Positions 54,957 to 64,000 of a stretch of 64,000 nt of DNA are shown here, in pieces. The stretch covers positions 1 to 64,000 of the forward strand of contig NW_021833249.1 of NCBI RefSeq assembly GCF_006345805.1. Reading direction: 5' to 3'. Below the pieces are notes generated by a model. It searched no databases. It was not told the origin of the DNA and saw only the letters and a program-made list of their open reading frames with translations. Each line of letters opens with the position of its first letter. Position 1 is the stretch's first letter. This DNA comes from Octopus sinensis. Taxonomy: Eukaryota. Both the position numbers and the translations under genes were made by a program.

Positions 54957-56589
54957 TGAATCCTTCGCATCATGTTTTTATTTTATTTTGATCAATTTAT
55001 ATATATATATATATATATATTATTATATTATATATATATATATATACGCTACACTTACTCAAGGTTGCCACATGACGTGTCTTGTACTTCTGTACAAAAC
55101 TTTATCTTCTTTCTATTCTGCAGCAACATTCACAGCAACAAGTACAATAACAACAACGACAAAAACAAACAACAACGCCGACGACGATCACAACACTACA
55201 AATATTTATTTCTTTATTGCCCACGGGAGGGGGGGCTAAACACAGAAGAGATAAACAAGGACAGACAAGAGATTAAGTCGATTACATCGACCCCAGTGCC
55301 CGAAAGGATGAAAGGCAAAGTCGACCTCGGAGGAATTTGAACTCAGAACGTAACCGCAGACGAAATACCACTAAGCATTTCGTCCGGCGTGCTAACGTTT
55401 CTTCCAGCTCGCCGCCCTAAGAACACCACGATACATTCTCAACAATTAACTAATACAGCATATGATCGCTCAAACTGCTAGAAGCAGCAAGCTAATTTCC
55501 CTCAAATCAAGGTATGTGTTGTAGTAAAAATAGCATTGAAAGGTTTAAAAGAACAAATTGACGCTAGAAATTATTTTAAAGTCTGGTACTTATTGATAGA
55601 ATGTCTGAAATAAGACAGAATGGTTAAATCCGGCCTCACTTGGAACTTAACAACTGTCCCTGAACTGAATATATTTTGTATTAAAAGTAGTAAACGGGAA
55701 AAAACAATTCAAATTTAAAATTTTATCATCTAGCCGATGTCGAACTAGAAAATACGATAATTACAAGCCGAACAGTGGCTGTTGGAAAAACAGCACAAAC
55801 AACAACGACAACAACAACGGTAACCTCCACCATCACCACTACCAACAAAAACACCATCAATATAAGGAATGTGTTATAGTGAACATTTGTAGTGATGATG
55901 ATTTCTGATTAGGCATTAGGCCTCAAGTTTTGTGATTGTTACGATCGACTCTAGTTCTTGACTAATGCTATATTTTATAGAATCCAGAAGGATGGAAGGC
56001 AAAGTTGACTTTGACAGGATCTGAACTCGGGACGTAAAAAACTGCTAAAAATGCCATTACACATTTTGTCCGACGCGCTAACGATTCTACTAACCCGTTG
56101 CCTTTAATAATGATAATAATTGTTTCAAATTTTAACACAAAGTCAGCAATTTGGGGGGATGGGTAAGTCACTTACATCGATCCCAGTGCTCAACTGGTAT
56201 TTATCTTATCGACCCCTAAAAGGAAGCAGACAAAATGACCATAGTAGGAAAGTTGCAAAGCTACTTCCGATTTCGCTAGCTCGCTGCCTTCAATATTGAT
56301 AATAATCCTTTCTAATATAGGCACAAGGCCTGAAATTTTAATGGAAGGGGTAAGTCGATCACATCAACCCCAGTACTTGACTGGTACTTAATTTATCGAC
56401 TAAAAGCACAAGGCCTGAAAATTTTGGGGAAGAGACAAGTCAATTATATCGACCCAGTGTTCCACTGGAACTTAATTTATCGACCCCGAAAGGATGAGAG
56501 GCAAGGTCGACAACGACAACGGTAACAAAGTTGACAACAGTGGTTATGATAATGGTAGTGAGAAGAGAAAGCAAAAGAGAATCGGTGAA

Positions 56590-57320
56590 GGAGGAGGGAA
56601 GAAGAAGAAGAGGAAGAAGAAGAAGAACAACAACAACAACAACAACAACAGCAACAACAACGACGACGACGATGACGAGGAGGAGGAGGAGGAGGAGAAG
56701 AAGAAGAAGAAGAAGAAGAAGAAGAAGAAGAAGAAGAAGAAGAAGAAGAAGATGAAGAAGAAGAAGAAGATGAAGAAGAAGAAGAAGATGAAGATGTTTA
56801 TACTTAATTTGTTATAGCCACCACAGCTAAAGTCCTTCATCGTTGAGGGACATTTAGTTATTATTTCTAGTGGGTCGGACGACGCTGAACGAAGAGATAC
56901 CTTTTTTTTTCAGTCATAATTAAGTGATGTAAATACGAGGGATTGCTGAATAGTTTCTGGCTTCGCGTAAAAGAAAGAAGAAGAAGAAAGAAAGAAAGAA
57001 AGAAAGAAGAAGAGAAGAAGAAGAAGAAGAAGAAGAAGAAGAAGAAGAAGAAGAAGAAGAAGAAGAAGAAGAATGTAAATAAATTTTTTAGAAAAGTCAT
57101 CATATTGCTTATGATGATGATGATTGTGATCGTAGATATTGTGGTGGTGGTGGTGGTGGTGGTGGTGGTATAGTATTGATGGCGTTGGTGGTGATGGTGG
57201 CTGTGGTGGTTACGACGTCGTTGTTGTGTTGGTTATGAGGTTGTTGGTTATGAGGTTGTTGGTAGTGATGGTGATGTTTGAAGTAGTTAAGGCAAAGAAG
57301 AAGAAAAAAAAGAGAGAAAA
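56590..57320. repeat. (GAA)/(CAA)/(GGT) microsatellite field
   Basis: Read directly from the sequence. Confidence 0.95.
56793..56977 (+). repeat. ~185-bp direct duplication of 58148-58331 (includes a mariner TIR start)
   Basis: gatgtttatacttaatttg...cgcgtaaaagaaag occurs at both sites. Confidence 0.9.
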
Positions 57321-58286
57321 TAGAGGGAGGGAAGGAAGGCGGGAGAAACAGAAAGTAAGAGACAGACAGAGAGGAAGGAAGGATTTCGTAGTGAAATGTG
57401 AAGGTCCTTAGTATACTGTTTCTTTCTGGATTTATGCCAAAGATAACTTTACAGTTTTTTGTTCTGAATGTTTGTAAATGAGAAGGTGAGAGGAGAGGCA
57501 ACTAAACTGCTGTGTTCCGATTACCTTAACAACCTTCCAACGTCACCATCTTGCACCATCAACATCACGTATTCAACCACAAATCATCATCATTGTCGTC
57601 GTCGTCGTCATCACCACTACCACCATCACAACCACAATCATCGAATGTTTCTGTAGTGGAATGGTATCAAAGGGTCACTATAAGTGGAGTGGTTGTTTAG
57701 AAGTGTTCTACTTTTTTTTCTAAGACATAAAATATTTATACCAAATATATTTGAGATACAGTTTTGATAAAATCTTTGTTGTGTTCAGAATATGAGCTGG
57801 ACATTATGTTATCGATGAGAAGAAACACAACTGATGATGCACCAAGTTCCAATATAATTTCTTTATATAATTCCTCATCTTTTTAAATAGTTTCCATAAA
57901 AATTAACATTTTAACTCTATTTTCCCCATGTGTTGTATTATTCATTTATCATCAATTCATTTAAAACTGCAATTTTTTAAGCAAACACCTTTAATAAACA
58001 AAGATAAATGTATTATTTTTGCCTTCTGTGCTGCGTGGTGTGTTTATGATATTGAGTATAATGGTATTTTATGTTCCCAGATCCTGCTACTTAGAAGGGA
58101 GATGGTACCTAAGAACAACTCCAAGTATGTTGTTGTTGTTGTTGCCTGATGTTTATACTTAATTTGTTATAGCCACCACAGCTAAAGTCCTTCATCGTTG
58201 AGGGACATTTAGTTATTATTTCTAGTGGGTCGGACGACGCTGAACGAAGAGATACCTTTTTTTTCAGTCATAATTAAGTGATGTAA

Positions 58287-58680
58287 ATACGAGGGGTTGC
58301 TGAAAAGTTTCTGGCTTCGCGTAAAAGAAAGTACAGGAGGGTTAGTTAATTACGATTTTATTCAACATATCCCCCTCTCAGATTCACATAGTTATTGCAG
58401 CGGTCCTTCAGTTTTTCTAAGATCTGTAAAAGAAAACTCGAAAGGTTGGTCCTCCAATCAGGACTCTATAGCAGCGATCACTTCCGAATCGGAATCAAAT
58501 TTTGTTCCCTTGAGATATTTCTTCAGTTGCGGAAAGAAGTGATAGTCGGATGAGGCCAAGTCAGGAGAGTAAGATTGGTGGTCCCCCAATTCGCAGCCAA
58601 TGTCGTGTATTTTCCGTAGAGTTTCATATGCTCTGTGTGTTGGTGCATTGTGCTACAAAAACAGGACACCACGACTCAAC
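58287..58680 (-). mobile_element. Mariner transposase C-terminal remnant with one terminal repeat
   Basis: LQHNAPTH...HQSYSPDLASSDYHFFPQLKKYLKG; TA-CGAGGGGTTGCTGAAAAGTT terminus. Confidence 0.85.
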
Positions 58681-58689
58681 TTTTATCCT

Positions 58690-58915
58690 TTTGTATGTTT
58701 CAGTCATTTGACTGCAGCTATGTTGGAGCACCATCTTTAGTCGAACAAATCTACCTCAGGACTTATTCTTTGTAAACCTGGTACTTATTCTATCGGTCTC
58801 TCTTACTAAACAGATGTTGGTCTGTTTACGAGGACGTAAACACACCAACATCGGTTGTCAAGCGATGGTGGAGTGACAAACAGACACACGCAAACACACG
58901 CACGCACGCACACAC

Positions 58916-58995
<80 letters not shown>

Positions 58996-59117
58996 GTATA
59001 TATACGATAGGCTTCTCTTAGTTTCCGTCTACCAAATCCACTTACAAGGCTTTGGTCGGCCCGAGGCTATAGTAGAAGACACTTGCCACGCAGTGGGACT
59101 GAACCCGGAACCATGTG
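58690..59117 (-). mobile_element. tRNA-type SINE
   Basis: Homolog of 19272-19696. Confidence 0.78.
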
Positions 59118-59169
59118 TAATTCCGGGAATAATTAATTACTAGTAGAGGAAGAAACAGGGCTGCCAAAT

Positions 59170-60380
59170 ATTTCATTCTTTATATCTCGTCTTATAGAGT
59201 TTCATGAAAGATGAGTGAAATTTATGAGTACACGAATGAATGGTATCAGAAAATTTATTTAATGTGCCCGAATTGTATGATTTAAGAATAATGAATGATT
59301 CTCTAATGCATAAATTGTATTTGTTACTTATAGCATTATTGCCAGTATAGACCAAGAAATTTTATAATTAATGTTGTTATTCCTTAAATTGTGTATATAT
59401 GAGGCAACAGTAGTAGAATGTTTATATTTAATATTAGAAAATTAATTTAAATGCGTTCTGTATCTGTGTTTGAACTCAACAGTTCTATATATGTTCTAGC
59501 CTGATACTTATCTGATTTTGTTCTTATTTATGGATGCTATAATTGATCCTAAATTTGGCATTGTGGAATAAGAAAATTTTTTTAAAGATTTATCGCATAT
59601 TGGATAGTATTTGTGACGTTTTGGAAAATTATGTTTTAGGATTTTGAAAACTAGTTTAGATAGATTTTTAACAGCAAGGGAGAATGGAGGGGTAACCAAA
59701 TTACCTCGCGCTTCTTAGATTTATATCATTTAGATATATCATCTAGAGCATTTATTTTTATTGCCGGGGCCTATTTTATTGTATTTAATATATTTATAAT
59801 TACCTGAAGGTTTAATTATTCTTGCATTTTTCAGTGACGTGTTAGTATTACTTAAGTTAGAATCAGAGTTCCTATTGTCAGATAGTTTTGTTTTAAGTTT
59901 AAAATACACATTTCCTTCAAATACACATCTTAAGGATTTCTTTATCCTCTCTACACTCGGTTTGGATCAACTGTTAGTAGCAAAGAGCGCGTCATCCCTA
60001 TATAGACCACCCAATAAATTAGGGAAACTATCCTTTACTTGGGATAAGAAATATAAGCCTACTAAATCAGTTATCTGAGTCGAGTCTAATGATCCCATGG
60101 TTATGTCAAAATCATTGAATCAGATCTAATCCAATTATGTCCGTTAAAGTTTATTAAAGTCTGCTTGCGGCTAATATTATATCTATGTCTGATCTAGAAA
60201 TGTTGACGAAATTGCTTTATTTAGAAGGATAGATGAGATGGATGCATATATCAACATTTATTTACCCTTTACATGTATATTTTTACCTCATATATCTCTT
60301 ATTTCTTTCTAAATAATATATAAATATATTCCTTGTCTTGCTGCCATTTTATGTTATATCTATGTATGTATTTATTATTT
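59170..60380 (-). mobile_element. Decayed Penelope-like element (RT and partial GIY-YIG)
   Basis: GLYRDDAL, FSYSTMPNLGSII, EFKHRYRTH, YNLCIRESFII...LNK. Confidence 0.85.
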
Positions 60381-60541
60381 TGATGTAAATCATAAACATA
60401 AATGATTATCTAAATTTTTGTCTCTTCTTATACCAAGTTATATATGTTTAACGTTTCGGGTTCGACCTGAGCACTTCCAAGCAATCAAGTAAAAACCTTT
60501 TTCGAAAGAAAAAGCAATATTTATATATACACATACATACA

Positions 60542-60649
<108 letters not shown>

Positions 60650-60929
60650 CAAATAAATTGATTTTTTTGTGTGCTCACACTCTCCATTTTCCTATATTAT
60701 ATTATTAAAATTCTGTTCTCCTATATCGAATGGATGAAAACATCTATAATGATTATTGGAACTTCATAAATGTTAACACTAATACTAAAACAAATTAATG
60801 AAATCCAAAGTATATTAATTGATATGGAGCCAAACCGGTGTATGCTTGGATAAAATACATCCCTGTGAAACAGCAACCTTTTTCCATTCGAAACTATATG
60901 AGTGTGTGTATGTGTGTGTATGAATGTAT

Positions 60930-61014
<85 letters not shown>

Positions 61015-61104
61015 CAACAATTGAGGGTAAAATTAATTAATCAATCAATTTCACCAAGTGTTCAGTATGTAAAAGGACCATTTAAGACGAATTCAAAATA
61101 TTAC

Positions 61105-61281
61105 ATTATATAATTAGGGCTTAGTAAAATAAATTACTTTGCCACATACAGAACTTAGTAGAAATAGCAGCCAAAAAAGTTTTTTTAGTCGTTTAGTAGA
61201 AACGGCTAAAAAAACTTTTTGGGCTGCTATTTCTACTAAGTTCTGTATGTGGCAAAGTAATTTATTTTACTAAGCCCTAAT

Positions 61282-61289
<8 letters not shown>
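61105..61289. repeat. Second copy of the 185-bp palindrome
   Basis: Lies within the duplicated block. Confidence 0.9.
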
Positions 61290-61377
<88 letters not shown>

Positions 61378-63239
61378 TACATACATACATACATGCATAC
61401 AAACATATATATATATAAATATATGGCTGTGTAGTAAGAAATTTTTCTCGTTCACATGGTTCCGGGTTCAGACCCACTGCGAGGCATATTGGGCGAGTGT
61501 CTTCTACTATAGCCTCGTGATGGGGCTATACACTGTCATAAACTCAAAGAATAAAGAACTAAAGGACCGCATGCATGAAAATACTAACACCGCCAAGAAT
61601 AACCACATATCAACAGCTAAAAACATTCTGTCTCACATAAAATCGACCAAATTTTGCAAAATATATACAACACCCGAAAGAAGTATGAAATTTCAGAGCT
61701 TTTATAAATAAATAATTATAAAAGAACTTCGGGTGGAAATACTCGTTGGCATAGTGTAAGTGATCTTTTCTCGTTCACTGCTCTCTTATCAATCATGCCT
61801 GTGCTCAGAATAGGCATCATATTCTTGGAAGCAGAGCCGCTTGCTCAGTGACCTCAGGTAACTAGCTATAGGTGTGGTGATCATCAGCGAGACCACAGTT
61901 TCCGATCCACAAGCCCTCATGTTCATTCTCGACTGATTCGTGATTTACATATCTCCAAGTCGACTGGAATTGGGAGGTGGAGCTGCTGTGTTGATTGGGA
62001 AAGGCCCTGAGTTCAAATTCCGCCGAGGTTCGATTTTGCCTTTCATTCCTTCGGGGTTGATAAAATAAGTACCAGTTGAACCCTGGAGTCGATGTAATTG
62101 ATTTGCCTCCCCACAAACTTGCTGGCTATATGCCAAAATTTGAAACCACTATTACTTTCTTAAAATTCCACCCTTTTCTTTGACAGTCGCCAACAATTGT
62201 CGTTAGGTTAAAGTTTTTTGATCCATCTAAGACAGAAATTCCAATTAAATTAACATTTTTACGAACATCCTTCTGTAAATCCATCATTCACATAGTATTT
62301 TGTATTCTGGAACATATTACGACGAACTTCTTTCAGTTTGTTACTACCAAATCCACTCACATGGCTTTTGTCAGTTCGAGGCTATAGTAGAAGAGACTAG
62401 CTCGAGGTGCCACTGTGGGACTGAAATGGGAATCATGTGACTGGGAAGCAAACTTTTTACCACACAACTACGCATCCCTTTAAACTAACACTATTGATTC
62501 ACTCATCGCTTTTTCACTCACCTAAGCATTTGTTTTCATATATTCATATTTAAGTACATCTATTTTCGCCTTCATTATAAAATATGTATTTATTTCAGTC
62601 TTTCAACCTAACAGGCATGGAGAACGCACGTTAACCGAGTAAGAAAACCACTAGTATAAAAAGATAAACAAAACTATCCACTCAAGCTTTTAAATACCTG
62701 GATTTCTAATTGAATATTGAACCTTTCTCTTATGAAATGAATTTGTTGACTTAAATGAATTGAAGACTTCTTTTTGTCTTTCTTTTTTTCCATTGTTTCT
62801 CGGTAATGGTATCTTTTTCAAGGTTAATATGAAGGTATTTTGTTACGCACGTATTTTATTATGTTGTGTACAGGCATACTTGGTGATAAATATATGTAGG
62901 TGTGAGCGTATATGTGTGTGCTTATGTCTATAGGTATGTATAGGTGTAAATTTGTAAATGGTGTGCGTGTGTGTGTAAGTGTTTGTGTGTACTACACACA
63001 CACATGTACGTGTATGTGTATGCGTAATGTGCGTAATGTTTGCATGTAAGTTTTCACATTCATGTTTGCATGTATAATAACGTATTTAACGCTATTATCA
63101 CTTACAAGACGTAGATTGTTTAAGTAGTAAGTTGGTTGATGTAGACAAGATCTTGTTGCATCACCTCCCGTATTTTGATCACTTTATTTACTTATCTGTC
63201 TGTTTAACTTTGCCATGTACGTATGCCGGAATGTGTGTA

Positions 63240-63314
<75 letters not shown>

Positions 63315-63551
63315 GGTAGGTGAATAAGCAACAAGGATATCCAGAGGTAATGCAGAACAATCGTTTCATGCAACATCCCTGTGAAACACTAACCTTTTTC
63401 CATTCGAAACTGTATGAGTGTGTTTATGTGTATATATATATGCAATCATTTCATTACATCAATTTAAAATGTAGAGCAATCTTCAGCTGCACAAAGACAT
63501 AGAATTTAATTAAATTAGAACAGAAGGACACATTAGTATAATTTTACCTAA

Positions 63552-63944
63552 GGCGCAGGAATGGCTGTGTGGTAAGTAGCTTGTTTACCAACCACATGGT
63601 TCTGGGTTGAGTCCCACTACATGGCACCTTGGGCAAGTGTCTTCTACTATAGCCTCGGGCCGACCAAAGCCTTGTGAAACTGAAAGAAGCCCGTCGTATA
63701 TATATATATATATATATATATGCGTGTGTGTGTTTGTGTGTCTGTGTTTGTTCCCCTAGCATTGCTTGACAACCGATGCTGGTGTGTTTATGTCCCCGTT
63801 ACTTAGCGGATCGGCAAAAGAGAATAAGTACTGGGCTTACAAAAGAATAAGTCCCGGGGTCGAGTTGCTCGATTAAAGGTGGTGCTACAGCATGGCCACA
63901 GTCAAATGACTGAAACAAGTAAAAGAGAGTAAAGAGTAAGAGTA
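63552..63944 (+). mobile_element. Second copy of the SINE at 3644-4036
   Basis: Lies within the duplicated block. Confidence 0.8.
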
Positions 63945-64000
63945 AGATCTCCAATAAGTTAAGGAGATAGACAAAGAACATGTTGTACCTACAACAACAT

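Larger units (their letters stand above)
52287..54999. mobile_element. Non-coding foldback element with ~1.06 kb inverted arms and two hammerhead motifs; probable PLE derivative
   Basis: 52360-~53420 is the reverse complement of ~53943-54999; ~520-bp purine-rich spacer; (TA)n on both flanks. Confidence 0.88.

Overview
This is repeat-saturated, AT-rich animal genomic DNA. The SINE, microsatellite and LINE repertoire is typical of octopod cephalopods (inference from pattern recognition; no search was run). Almost all listed ORFs are microsatellite read-throughs or decayed transposon coding. The only host-gene sequence I can support is a + strand exon (18557-18734) encoding the C-terminal half of a WSC domain with an in-frame (GCT)17 polyalanine expansion, plus a probable 21-nt microexon (20122-20142). 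Mobile elements include: several Penelope-like (PLE) fragments; five R4/Dong-like RLE LINE copies, most abutting (TAA)n; CR1-like and RTE LINE remnants; three defective LTR elements (integrase-only, RT-less Gypsy, non-coding with a tRNA-Trp PBS); a cluster of non-autonomous Helitrons with head-to-tail junctions; a mariner remnant; palindromic MITE-like elements; and many tRNA-type SINEs. The most striking structure is a non-coding ~2.7 kb foldback element (52287-54999) with ~1.06 kb inverted arms, each carrying a type I hammerhead ribozyme motif. The first 4092 bp recur almost identically 59.9 kb downstream (tandem duplication or assembly overlap). Several 130-145 bp inverted, locally templated duplications occur between 21.9 and 35.4 kb. 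Many frameshifts sit in homopolymers and may be sequencing errors.
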